Positions 1 to 12,838 of a stretch of DNA of 64,000 nt are shown here, in pieces (positions within the stretch are counted from its first letter, which is position 1; the number at the start of each line of letters is the position of its first letter). The notes beneath the pieces are model-generated. The model was not told where the DNA came from. It saw only the letters and a program-made list of their open reading frames with translations, and did no database searches. The DNA is from Octopus vulgaris (Eukaryota). A program made the translations under genes and the position numbers. The stretch covers positions 147,250,001 to 147,314,000 of the forward strand of contig OX597817.1 in the NCBI GenBank assembly GCA_951406725.2, given 5' to 3'.

Positions 1-12
1 CCACGCGTGCCG

Positions 13-46
<34 letters not shown>

Positions 47-237
47 ATTCAAACGATGAATAGCCTCCGCGTAAACCACTGGTTCGTTTTGTTCTCTTAC
101 TTTATTATCATCTTATAATCATCTCATAATAATGACCTTTATGACCTTAGTCAATCTAAATGTATATATTTGTCACTATCTGTCATAAACCTTTTTCTAT
201 TTGCAATATGCATTTTCGTTGATTTTTCATATTTTAC

Positions 238-302
<65 letters not shown>

Positions 303-1133
303 GTATATTCTGTTAAGAATGTGCAAAAGTACCATGTAAAGCGCTCGTCCACTTTCAAATTTCACCCTGTGCTATCCAGTAGTAGTATTATAGATACTTC
401 CAGATTTTGCGAGTATCTGTCGTGCGTGAATAGATAATTTTTAGAAAATTGGAGTCAACAAGAAGGGGTACGTTTGAACATGTATTTTTTATTCACTACA
501 ATTGTTTCCATGCAACGTAGTTCTCTCGGCGTGCAGGTACTTGTTTATGTAACTGTTTCCTTGCATTATGAGATCTAGTAGTGTTCCCTCATGCGATATA
601 TAAATATTGTCACCGTAAGATCAGAATACGCAGCTTCAAGAACATCCACTTTGTCTGTTGTGGCCTGAATTTAGTAGTAGTCACTGAGTTTATCAGGGTG
701 TGTGGTTGCTGAAGGGCTGCTGTTCCACTGCTTTGAAAGTGTAGGCGTTATGGGCTGGTGATTCTACAACTGTTAAATTGCTCGCTGTTTTAAGGATATC
801 GGCATTTGATTTCTTTGTTTTGTTGATTTGTTCTTCGTGGTTGCTTGCACATGCGATTCTCTTTAGCTGACCTTTAAGATTCGGCATATATTTACGGATA
901 CTTGTTAGTTCACAAATACTTCCATATACGTACCAACTCTGGGGCACCTACACACACACACGGACATACACACACATACACATGCACACACACACACATA
1001 CACACACACACATATGCACATGCACACACACATATAGAAGAGTTGCGGAGTGGAGTAGGTACTGTCCCTGAAAGTTGTTTTTCAATATTTATTACGGATT
1101 GCTTGAAGTCAACTTTCTTCCCACACTTTGATA

Positions 1134-1171
<38 letters not shown>

Positions 1172-1217
1172 TACATATATATATATATATGTATATATAT
1201 ATGTATATATATATATG

Positions 1218-1256
<39 letters not shown>

Positions 1257-1282
1257 GCATATATATATGTCTATATATATAC

Positions 1283-1328
<46 letters not shown>

Positions 1329-1329
<1 letters not shown>

Positions 1330-2011
1330 GAAACCGCGGTACGAGTTGTTTAAATTATCGGTAAATGTTTTTGATTTTCACTCTCGATAAATTCATCCCC
1401 TTTTTGTGTTCCCAGCACTTGGCATCTTTATTTAGGAGCCTTTAATTGTATAACCACATGATTAATATTTTTCTATATGAATAATATTTTCGTCTTATGA
1501 CTAATTCGTCTTTTGTGTTGGGCACCTGGTAGTAAATAATATTACTACCCTTCTTGTTTATATTCGCATACTACATGATGAATTTATTCGTAAAATTCTT
1601 CCCGGCATGCCCGTGTAAATTTTGCGTCTGCGCAGAGATTTGAAAAGTTAAGATCTGCTAGTAGTTGGGTTTAACATATAGCCCCACATCGCTGCGGACC
1701 TCAATTAAATTCAGGCGACTCGCTGATGAAGCCAGCCTTAGCAAACATATTCTGTGTTTTGCTAGAAAGAAGCAGAAACCGCGGTACGAGTTGTTTAAAT
1801 TATCGGTAAATGTTTTTGATTTTCACTCTCGATAAATTCATCCCCTTTTTGTGTTCCCAGCACTTGGCATCTTTATTTAGGAGCCTTTAATTGTTTAACC
1901 ACATGATTAATATTTTTCTATATGAATAATATTTTCGTCTTATGACTAATTCGTCTTTTGTGCTGGGCACCTGGTAGTAAATAATATTACTACCCTTCTT
2001 GTTTATATTCG
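1329..2011 (+). mobile_element. Retrozyme-like / Penelope pseudo-LTR element, ~1.5 copies of a 445-bp unit, embedded in (TA)n
   Basis: Near-identical direct repeats 1329-1566 and 1774-2011 (about 2 mismatches); hammerhead motif at the junction; no ORF. Confidence 0.8.
1713..1796 (+). ncRNA. Type I hammerhead ribozyme
   Basis: CUGAUGA at 1723-1729, GAAA at 1775-1778, palindromic stem III ACCGCGGU, UA cleavage site at 1785-1786; 10-bp stem I (1713-1722/1787-1796) with three G-U pairs; stem II hairpin UAGCAAACAUA/UGUGUUUUGCUA. Confidence 0.85.
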
Positions 2012-2050
2012 TATATATATATACACATAAATATATATATATACATAAAT

Positions 2051-2095
<45 letters not shown>

Positions 2096-2109
2096 AACAT
2101 ACGTATATA

Positions 2110-3272
2110 CAGGGTGTGTAAGGGATTTGAGGCTATACCATTTTTGAGTCATTTCTGCATTTCCTGCTAACTCAGTATAATCATTGTTTCAGAAAACAAT
2201 AATGGCACACGCTCCGGTTGCACAAGAACTGAAGGGGCATGTTCTTATTGTGATAATAAAGGCTGAGTATAGCGATTTAGAAATATCTCGAGTTTTAAAA
2301 GTTGCCAGATCTTCAGTCTACAAAGTTGGTAAGGAGCTAAAGACCGAAGATGGAAATGTATCACCAGTATCAAGGCATAAAAAGCATTCTAAACGCTCTG
2401 AATCATCAGAACACTTGAATTTATCCAGCAAGTTCAACAGACTATTGATTACAATCCCAGAAATTCCATGAGGTCAATTGCAAAAGATCTCCATGTTTCA
2501 GATGGAACAGTCAGAAATGCTGTCTACGAAGACATCAGATATAAATCTTATATGACAAGGAAAGGTCAATTTGTCAGATAAGGCAAGAGAAAATCCCTAC
2601 ATCAGTTCTTAAATGAACTGAAAAATCCAGCAGAAGAAGATTTGGTTTGGTTTTTCTCAAACGAGTAAAACTTCGACAAAGATCAAGAAGTTAACAGAAC
2701 AAATGACATATGGTTGTGTGCAGACCCTTTAGTGATTCTCTGCAATGAATGACATGTGATGCCTCTTAACTTCTTTCTAAAAGGCCTTACATTGAGGTCC
2801 TGGAAATAATTGTTAAGCTCTGGATAGACATTGTATGCAATGAAAGGCCATATGTATTTCAGTAAGACTCTGCACTATCACACATAGCTCTAGTAACACT
2901 GGAATGAATGACTTTGGCCTCCTAATTCCCCAGATCTCAATCTATTGGACTATTACGTGGGGAGCGTTGTTGAGAGAGAGAGACAGATCAATGAACACGC
3001 CCATAACACCAAAGATTCTTTGAAAGCTGCCGTAGTCAGAGCAATGTCCCAAATGAACCAGAACCACTTGATTCGAGCTTGTAGATGATTTAGATCTCAT
3101 ATAGAAGCAGTTGTTGAAGCTCAAGGTGACTTTATTGAATAGCATTATGGAAAAGAAGGTTTATTTTTATCTTCAAAGCATTTTTTGATAAATAAAGTTA
3201 TTACCTATTATTATATATCTGTTTTTCTCTTTTATAATCGTAAATCTGTCCTCAGGTATCTTACGCACCCTG
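2110..3272 (+). mobile_element. Degenerate Tc1/mariner DNA transposon (DD37D maT-like)
   Basis: TIRs CAGGGTGTGTAAG / CTTACGCACCCTG with TA on both sides; HTH-like ORF 2184-2471; WPPNSPDLNLLDYYVW motif near 2915-2960; stops and frameshifts. Confidence 0.85.
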
Positions 3273-3343
3273 TACACACACGCTCACATATACGGATATG
3301 TACCCACATTCATATACACATATAAACATATATACACGCACAG

Positions 3344-3384
<41 letters not shown>

Positions 3385-4156
3385 TATATTTACTGACGTA
3401 CACACACACGCACACGTACACAGTCACATACATATGAATACACACAGAAACCCCTTTAACAGTAGCAGAACCATCACCCTACTACATCTACATATACAAA
3501 ACAGTTTGCCAACGGCCCTTCAGCGACAACACACCCTGATAAGCACAGTGACTACTACTAAATCAGGCCACGACAGACAGAGACGATGTTCTTGAAACCG
3601 GGTATTTTGAAATTACGGAGACAATATTTACATATCGCCTGAGGAAACACAACTAGATCTCATAATGCACGGAAACAGGTCCATAATCAAATACCTGCAC
3701 ACCTAGAGATCTACGATGCGTGGAAACAATTGTAGCTATTAAAAAAGTAAATGTCCAACCGTATCTCTTCTTGTTGACTCCAATTTTTTCAAGTATATAA
3801 ATATATTTATACACGAAGGGCTTCTTCCAGTTTCCGTCTAAAAAATACACAGATCCACCCACAAAGCTTTTGTCAGGCCGAGGCTACAGAGGCTATATAG
3901 GTGCTACCCACCCCACACACATACACACATATACACATATAGTATTATGAACACAGATACACACACGCACACACGTACACCCACACACACACACCTACAT
4001 ACACATAGGTATGTGTAAGTGTAAGTGTGTGTATAGGTGTGTGTGTAGGTGTACAGATATGTACCCACATTCATATACACATATAAACATACATATACTC
4101 GCATGCATATATATATACACACATGCCCACATGTGCATGCACACACTTATACACAC

Positions 4157-4193
<37 letters not shown>

Positions 4194-4464
4194 CACATAT
4201 TATTTAAGTAGAAATATGGAGCTTGGAGTAAAGCGTAAAGACTTATTTAAACACTATGTAATATGTTGATTGCAATTTTCTCTCAGTTCTATATTCATGA
4301 ACCGATCTACCCATCCATCTGTTTGTCTATTTTTCTAGTTATCTACCTTAATGTATTTATCTCTCTCTCTCCCGCCATCTTTCCCTCTCTTTCTCTATAT
4401 GTATTTATTTATTCATTTATGCATCCATCTATGTATCTAACTATATGTATGCATAAGTCTACCA

Positions 4465-4554
<90 letters not shown>

Positions 4555-4650
4555 TTACCTACCCACCTGTCTATCTATCTATCTGTCTGTCTAGTCTGTA
4601 TGTATGTATGCCTGCCTGTCTGCCTGCCTGCTGCCTGCCTGCCTGCCTGC

Positions 4651-4717
<67 letters not shown>

Positions 4718-5367
4718 CCTACCTCTCTGTCCGTCTATTTATCTAGCTATTCATCTATCTATTTATCTGTCTATCTCTCTGTTCTTCTGTATTAAACCAT
4801 ATATTCGTATGAATGTAAAGTTTTTATCCTTAATCTCACCTCGTGATAACTAAATATTATTTGTCAGTATTCATATTTATTTTATCCATAATATATTTCT
4901 TTTTCTGCAAATCCCACCGCCCGTACATTTTGTTACAAGTTATTAGAGTCTGGATCTTAAAATACTAATGAATATTAATGTTGATGCTTGGTAAATTCGT
5001 TGATGGCAGTCTGAGCTGTACTGATACATCAGGGAAAAGAAGACTCAAATGCTATGAATATTTTAATAAATATGACTGAACAGAACTCACTAATAAACAA
5101 ATTACAAACTTAAAACACTGGCATGACATGTTTTATCTCTAAGCGTGTCTAAAATCGATGCTCTATTACTATCCCACTTATGGGGGATCACAGTGGAATA
5201 GAACTATGTTTAAGAAATTAATCTAGTTTATTGTACCATGGAAAAACATTTTATATTTCTATTCAACTTTCGGCGATATGGGCCACTCTGTGTTATGTTT
5301 TGTGAGCACCATGGTAGTGACAAGTTGTATGAGAATCACCAATATTGTAGGCATGGGTGTTATAGAT

Positions 5368-5530
5368 TCAGGCATGGTTGTGTGGTAAGGAGTTGGCTTC
5401 ACAAACGAATGGTTAGCGGTTCAGTCTCATTACGCTGCTGCACCTTGGGAAAGTGACTTCTACTATAGCCACGGGTGGAACAAAGTCTTGTCAATGTATT
5501 TCATTGACGGAAGCTGAGTGTCAGCCCGTC

Positions 5531-5531
<1 letters not shown>
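5368..5531 (+). mobile_element. SINE family A (tRNA head, CORE-like ACCTTGGGCAAGT region), 5' half
   Basis: Matches the other family A copies in this window; its 3' half lies at 7030-7302. Confidence 0.75.
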
Positions 5532-5568
<37 letters not shown>

Positions 5569-5679
5569 GTATGTATATCTATATATATATATATGTATGT
5601 ATATGTATGTATATCTATATATATATATGTATATGTATGTATATCTATATATATATATGTATATGTATGTATATCTATA

Positions 5680-5715
<36 letters not shown>

Positions 5716-5761
5716 TGTATGTATGTATATATATATATATGTATGCATGCATGTATGTATG

Positions 5762-5859
<98 letters not shown>

Positions 5860-5892
5860 TAGATAGATATATAGATAGAAAGATAGATAGAT
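5531..5892. repeat. Compound (TA)n/(TATG)n/(GATA)n microsatellite
   Basis: Direct reading. Confidence 0.95.
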
Positions 5893-5929
5893 AAATCTTA
5901 CTTGGAAAAGGATCCGTGGCGTTCGATCA

Positions 5930-6351
5930 TATAATAATATAAATAATATATAAATATATACATATATGTACATACCTATATATATATGTATATATACATG
6001 CATATATGGGTACAGGACATAAAAAAAAACGTTGAACACAATGAGAAATGAAAACAAAAATAAAAGCAGAAAACGATAAAAACAAACAGAGAAACGAGAC
6101 ATGTAACACAAAGAGTATTCCCCTTCATCAGTTGTCCCTGTTTCATACTCCGAGCATTGAAGGCAAGGACAATACGCGACTCCGTTGAAACAGTCCTTCC
6201 CGCAAAGTTCGTTTTCTATGATTTTGTTTTTATGTTTTCGTTTCTCATTGTGTTCAATGTTTGTTTTTATGCATGTATATATACATATATATGTAGGTAT
6301 GTACATATATGCATGTATACATGCATATATTTATATATTAATTATATTATA
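5930..6351. mobile_element. Fold-back element, probably a Penelope-like pseudo-LTR in inverted arrangement
   Basis: Diverged inverted arms ~5930-6076 and ~6209-6351; minus-strand CTGATGAAG at 6123-6131 in the spacer. Confidence 0.5.
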
Positions 6352-6364
6352 TAAATACGTACAC

Positions 6365-7027
6365 ACGCATACTCGGCCGGTTGTCGGAAATACGGATGAC
6401 TCGTCTGAGAAAATAACATTCTTCCACTGCTCTAGGGACCAATAGGTTTTTACTCCACTCTAAACGCTTTGCAACGTTTGTTTTTGAATGTAGTTGTTTT
6501 CTGATTCCAGCCCTCCCGTGAAATTCAGCTTTGTGCTTTTCTGGTGGAAACTGGCTTCTCGAGGTAGTCATTATGCTCTGCAGTAATTTTGGGAGCTGTA
6601 CTTTTGTGATCCTTTCTAACAATTCGCTAAGAGTCCGACGGACTCTATCTAAAAGTTTTGGTTTTCTTCTGGAGTTTTCTTTCAACGAGGAGGTTTTTCG
6701 CTCTTTCTCACAGGCTGTCATTACTTTCGAAACAGTACTTCTTGATACACCAAACAGTTCGGCTGTTTTCGTTGCGCTAGCGCCTGCCGTACGAGCACCA
6801 ACAATTTGACCTCTTTGAAAGTCCAATAGATCTGTCATTTTAATGAATTTTAATTACCTTTTTCTGATGATATCTGAAAAGAAACAGCAATTTTAGCAAA
6901 ACATATTAAGCAACACTAATAATAAATCAAAAAACATATAAATAAACAAGGTTTTGACGGTTTTATAGATATTTCAAAATAATGATGCTATGATGCTAGG
7001 TGTTTCAATTATTTTGTCCAACCCCTG
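6365..7027 (-). mobile_element. Tc1 transposon, 5' part with paired-like HTH transposase N-terminus
   Basis: ORF 6347-6838 MTDLLDFQRGQIVGAR...ELFGVSRSTVSKV; TIR CAGGGGTTGGACAAAATAATTGAAACACC next to TA. Confidence 0.85.
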
Positions 7028-7029
7028 TA

Positions 7030-7302
7030 TATATGTGTGTGTGTATATACATATGTGTGTGTGATTTTGTGTGTGCGTGTGTGTGTCATTATGTTTGTGT
7101 TTGTTCCCTACACCCGTTTGGCAACCGGTGTTGGTTTGTTTACCCCAACCCGCAACTTTGAGGTTGTGGCAAAAGAGAGCACTAGTGTAAGCACCAGACA
7201 TGAAACAAATAAGTATTGGGGGGGAGGTGTGGATGTCTTCGATTAAAGCATTTTTGTCGGTGCCCCAGCATGGTCACAGACGAACGACTCAAACAAGTAA
7301 AA
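7030..7302 (+). mobile_element. SINE family A, 3' half
   Basis: (TG)n, then GCCCCAGCATGG...AAACAAGTAAAA tail. Confidence 0.7.
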
Positions 7303-7679
7303 AACTAATTCTTTCTAATTTACAACGATTGTATTATTCATTTTACTTTTTAGCCCCAGGTAAATTCTGATCAAGCAGAGCTGTGTTCATAGGCGTTCTA
7401 GGATTGACCATCCGGTCCTTTAAACATCAGACTACAATATTCAATGTTCTCAATATCAATGACCACTAGCCAATATCCAGCTTTTCTACCACTAATAAAA
7501 CACATTGGACATCCTAATTAAGCATCGAGTCACATCTGAATTTTAAGACTATAGCAGAAGAAATGTTATGCTGTTATTTTTGTTTTTGTTTGCTCCTGCG
7601 CAGAGCTATATCCAAGATTATCTAATTCTAAATCCTCCGTCTATTTGTTTTCTAGTATCACAGGGTAAGATGAAGGCAC

Positions 7680-9974
7680 GTAAGATCCCCAAATTTTGGT
7701 TAGAATATCTGACAGGAATACACAAAAAGTTGGCTGAAAACTTTAACGACATACTGGCAGAGCCAGAGACAATGCCTGAATGGTTCACGAATGGGAAAAC
7801 TATCCTAATTCCCAAATCCATTGAAACGGCAAACCCACAAAACTACAGACCAATAATCTGTCTCTCTACAATTTACAAAGCCTTTACTGCCATAATATCG
7901 CAGAGACTGAGCAAGCATCTGAAAGAAAACAACATGTCTCCAAAAGAGCAGAATTGATGCTGCAAGGGCTCATACGACTGTAAATATCAACTAATGATCA
8001 ATAAAGCCACAACTAAAGACAGCCGCAGAAAGAAGGAAGGCCTCAGTATGGCTTGGATCGACTACTGAAAGGCTTTTGATAGTATTCCCCACAAGTGGAT
8101 CCTCGAAACACTAGCCATGAACAAGGTAGCACCGATAATTATAAAATACATAGGTCACTCTATGAATAAATGGCAGACAGTGCTACAGCTCCATACAAAA
8201 GAGGAACTCGTGAAAACCAAAGCCACCACCATTAGAAGAGGAATATTCCAGGAAGACACGCTTTCTCAACTCATTTTCTACTTGACACTGACACCTATAT
8301 CTGACATGCTAAATAGAACTGGATGCGGATACAAATGTTACGGCAAAACGATCAGCCACCTTTTATATATGGATGACCTAAAACTATACGCTGCAAATGA
8401 CAAACAGCTGGAAACCCTACTACAGACAGTACATGGATTTACCAAGGAATATATATGAAATCTGGCTTTAAAAAATGTGGCAAAGCAAACTTGAAAAAAG
8501 GAAAATTATTTAAGAGTAGCAACATCACACTAGATAAAGTCAATGAAATAAGAGAATTAGACCAAAGCCAGTCATACGAATATTTAGGAATCAATGAACT
8601 AGATACGATACAACACACACAAATGAAAGAGAAAATAAAGAATACTATAGACGAGTTAGCTCAATACTGAAAACAGAGCTCAATGCTAAAAACAAGATAA
8701 TAGGTATTAACACTCTAGCCGCCCCAGTTATAAGTTACAGCTACAATATCCTTAACTGAACACTAAATGAAGTAACCAAAATAGACAGGAAAACAAGAAA
8801 AATAATGACAGGATCTAGGATGCACCACTCAAAATCTTACATAGAAAGTCTATATATACCGCGTATAGAAGATGGTAGAGGCCTTATACAGCTGGAAAAC
8901 TATTATAAAATAAGCACTATAGGACTGGAAAAATACCTACTTCAGAAGCAAGGAAAACTAAAACATATAGCCACAAAACAAGAGCAAAACAAAAATATGT
9001 TTTCAGTATTTAAGGAAGCTGTCAAATTCAAACAAAAAGTCATACTACCTAAAAAATATAAAGAAGAAGAAACAACAAAAGCTATAATACAAATGAAATC
9101 CAAACTAAAACTAGAACAGCAACGGACCATGATAAAACGATGGCAAGAAAAGCCCCTTCATGGCAAATACCGGGCTAAACTAAATGCAAAAGAAATAGAC
9201 AGAGAAAATCCCAGCAATGGTTGAGAAGCTCAGGATTCAAAGCAGAGACTGAAGGATTTTTAATTGCAGCACAAGACCAAAGCCTCCCTGCCAGAAATTA
9301 CCAAAACATATAATGAAAAGAAACATAAAAAGTAACTGCAGAATATGTGGAGATGGACAAGAAACAATAAATCATATTATCTCTGGCTGCCCAGTCTTGG
9401 CTAAGAAGAAATATATTCACAGATACGACAGATTTGGGACCTACATACACTGGAAGGTATGCCAACAACATGGAATAACAACAGAAAAAAGATGGTATAG
9501 GCACACACCAGAAAAGGTCATAGAAAATGAGAAAGCAACCATACTCTGGGATATGCCAATACACACAGATAGAGAAATTAAGGCCAAAAGGCCAGATATA
9601 GTTGTCAGAGATCATGACGAAAAAAATTACTTTCTAATTGATTTATCAATACCAGCAGATGACAACGTTTCTCAAAAAGAAATGGAGAAACTTTCAAAAT
9701 ACAAAAACCTGATGTGGAATCTAAAAACAGAATCATTTCCTATCATAGTGGGCGCATTAGATATGATACAAAAATATTCAGACAAATACATATCAAAAAC
9801 ACTAGGACTTACAAATATATATAACATACAGTAAATTGCACTACTGGACACTGTACACATCCTACTCAAAACAATTTCAATACAGTAACCATAAGAGCAT
9901 CACAGCAAACCAAAGCACATACCCAAGTCACAAAGAGCTGCGCTCGGTAAAGTGAAAGGACGTTAAATAAACTA

Positions 9975-9980
<6 letters not shown>
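7680..9980 (+). mobile_element. 5'-truncated, decayed Dong/R4-clade LINE (reverse transcriptase + restriction-like endonuclease)
   Basis: NYRPIICL, AFDSIPH, GIFQED, YMDDLKLY RT motifs; CRICG..ETINHIISGC zinc knuckle; RPDIVV endonuclease motif; 3' UTR followed by (AAT)n. Confidence 0.93.
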
Positions 9981-10045
<65 letters not shown>

Positions 10046-10144
10046 TAATAATTCTGTTGTTGCGGCTGCCCTATGTATGATAAGAGAGGGATATCAGAAA
10101 GCATTTAAATAATATTCCAGGAGTACCATGTCTCAGAGAAATCC

Positions 10145-10300
10145 TCTCGACACATGGTCATGATGCTCCTCCACTACACTGCTCGTGATTAGAGATGCAC
10201 ATATCGTCAGCCACTAAGGGACATGTTCAACTGCTTAAGGTCAAACAACTGATAAGCAAATCTGTGATATTGAGCAGAACATTTGCTGTAGCCCATATTT
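10145..10300 (-). mobile_element. Fragment of the ~500-bp (TAA)n-associated non-coding element
   Basis: Matches 20020-20125 and 49095-49240. Confidence 0.75.
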
Positions 10301-10302
10301 TA

Positions 10303-10450
<148 letters not shown>

Positions 10451-10519
10451 CGTCATCATTATCATCATCATAATTATTATTAATGGTAATAATACCTTAT
10501 CTAATTATATATATATATA

Positions 10520-10672
10520 TGACGGGCTCCTATCAGTTTTCGTCTACCAAATCCCTCCACATTTCGATCGGATCGGCCCGAGGTTTTCGTAGATGACATT
10601 TTTTCAATTTGTCACGCAGAGGGAATGAACCCGGAACCATATAGTTGAGAAGCAGACTTCTTACACATAGCC
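10520..10672 (-). mobile_element. SINE family A head, diverged
   Basis: GACGGGCT...CCGGAACCAT similarity to other copies. Confidence 0.65.
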
Positions 10673-11099
10673 AAACCAAATATATAAAAATTTTCAATAA
10701 TTTCTAATAAACTGACGTTTGAAATATATGGTCATTGGAATGACAAAATTACATCCAAGATGTAAAAATTTTTATAAGACGACACCCCAATCCATTTACA
10801 GAGATTAATGGGAATGTTCTCAATTTTTCTTTTCTAGTGAATCTCGTTTAAAGTTAAGAATGATTTGATATTGTCGACAGATGTACGGCCACTGATGAAA
10901 AAAGCGATGTGGATGCTATATTAATGTCAAGGGACGTACGATGACTAAAACTACTATGACACATTAGTGCACTATATATATATATATGTCTATATATATA
11001 TGTCTATATATATATATATGTCTATATATACAAACACACACACATATATATATATACATGCATACGTATGTATGTGTTTTTATGTATGTCCTTTTATCT

Positions 11100-11204
<105 letters not shown>

Positions 11205-11360
11205 AATATAGTAAGCGGTCATATTCCGACGAGACCAATAAATTTTAAGCTCTGCTCTGCAAATAAATGCATATTTTGAAAATGAAAACCATTTCGAACA
11301 TACATCAGAATAGATTTTTCTAGTAAATGCCCAAATTTTCAAAACCATTTACTCGGTCAC
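11205..11360 (+). pseudogene. Penelope-like element C-terminal GIY-YIG remnant
   Basis: Frameshifted KRSYSDETNK-KLCSANKCIF...FSKCPNFQNHLL resembles the PLE C-terminal pattern C.LCL.EK...SKC.H..K.LL. Confidence 0.45.
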
Positions 11361-11549
11361 AGAAAAATACCATCTACACCAGACTCCTCCATAATCTAGT
11401 GAACATACCTCACCTTCTATATATACTAAAGATTCTTGCCCTGATTGACCTCGACAGATAACTTCTAAATTTCCATACTGGACCACCACATATTACTTAT
11501 ATTAATTACAGATACACACATTTTTCACATAAGTAGTACACACACATAG

Positions 11550-11922
11550 TGGAGGCGCAATGGCCCAGTTTTTAGGGCATCGGACTGACGGTCATAGAAT
11601 CGCGGTTTCGATTCCCGGACCGGGCGTTGTAAGTGTTTATGGAGCAAAAACACCTAAAGTTCCACGAGGCAGTGGGTGGTAGTGAACCCTGCTGTACTCT
11701 TTCACCACAACTTTCTCTCACTCTTTCTTCCTGTTTCTGTTGTACCTGTGTTTCAAAGGGCCAGTCTTGTCACCTTCTGTGTCACACTGAATCTCCCCGA
11801 GGACTACGTTAAGGGTAAACGTGTCTGTGGTGTGCTGAGCCACTTGCTCGTAAATTTCACGAGCAGGCTGTTTCGTTGATCAGATCAACTGGTACCCTCA
11901 TCGTCGTAACCGACGGGGTGCC
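11550..11922 (+). mobile_element. SINE family C (tRNA-derived)
   Basis: A box TGGCCCAG, B box GTTTCGATTCC; tail ...GTCGTAACCGACGG shared with 32393, 43752 and 50592. Confidence 0.85.
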
Positions 11923-12029
11923 TTACACACATAGATTAAATGTATATATATCTAACATTAATAGGAAACGAAACACTTTTAATGATAGACATTTATATAT
12001 AGGTACATGTAAAAATAGATGGTTCAAAT

Positions 12030-12305
12030 CAGTGGCTTTCGAAAATTTCCAGGCTGTCGTTTCCTTGACGCCCACACCACATTCCTTGCGCCGCCACTCC
12101 AACAAACCATCACAAACATAGACCTCTTTCTGAAACAAATTCAAAGGAACTGTATTTAACAAATAAACCTTAACCTAATGAACCCATTATTTTGTTGTTT
12201 TTACATGAATCGCTACTAAATTATCGCCCCATTTTTCTTCAACACCCACTTGGAACTTTCCACCGCCCCCGGGGGGAGCAATACCGCCCATTTTGGTAAC
12301 CACTG
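12030..12305. mobile_element. hAT-like non-autonomous element
   Basis: Ends CAGTGG / CCACTG; imperfect 8-bp TSD GTTCAAAT / GTTAAAGT. Confidence 0.45.
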
Positions 12306-12374
12306 GTTAAAGTGACGCAGTAAGCGTTGCGTCTCTTCTAACCCCACGCACGAGATAAAATATCTTGCATATCC

Positions 12375-12565
12375 TTTCTATTCTAGACATAGGTCCTGAA
12401 ATTTGAAGAGAGATGCTAGTCGATTTCCATGAACCAGGTGCTCTACTGGCATTCATTTCTTCGACCACAAAAGGATGAAATGTAAGGTCAATCCTGGCGG
12501 CATTAAAGACGGACGAAATGCTGCTAAGCATTTTCTCCGGCGTGTTAACACTTCTGCCAGTTAGC
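12375..12565 (-). mobile_element. SINE family B (Meta-domain-like), old copy
   Basis: Core resembling CTTTCATCCTTT.GGTCGA; CTGGCAGAA head. Confidence 0.65.
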
Positions 12566-12624
12566 AGATTTAATAATATCATAAATATTAAAATGGGCTA
12601 CTTCACAAAACATAAAGCTGAACA

Positions 12625-12838
12625 TGTGTGAGTCTTTGTGTCTGTGTTTGGCTACACCCACCATCACTTGACATCGATGTTGGTGTGTTTACTTTTCCGT
12701 AACTAAACAGTTCAGCCAAAGATATCGATAGAATAAGTACCAGTCTTACAAAGAATAAGGCCTGGGGTCAATTATATCGACTAAAATGCGGTTCTCCAGC
12801 ATGGCCACAGTCAAAATGACTGACACAAGTAAAAGAAT
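12625..12838 (+). mobile_element. SINE family A, 3' half
   Basis: GATAGAATAAGTAC...CCAGCATGGCC...AAGTAAAAGA. Confidence 0.75.

Noticed and set aside
11550-11625. tRNA-like sequences here and at 31001, 36450, 42594, 50592
   Set aside because: These are SINE heads continuous with repeat bodies; no intact cloverleaf or poly-T terminator
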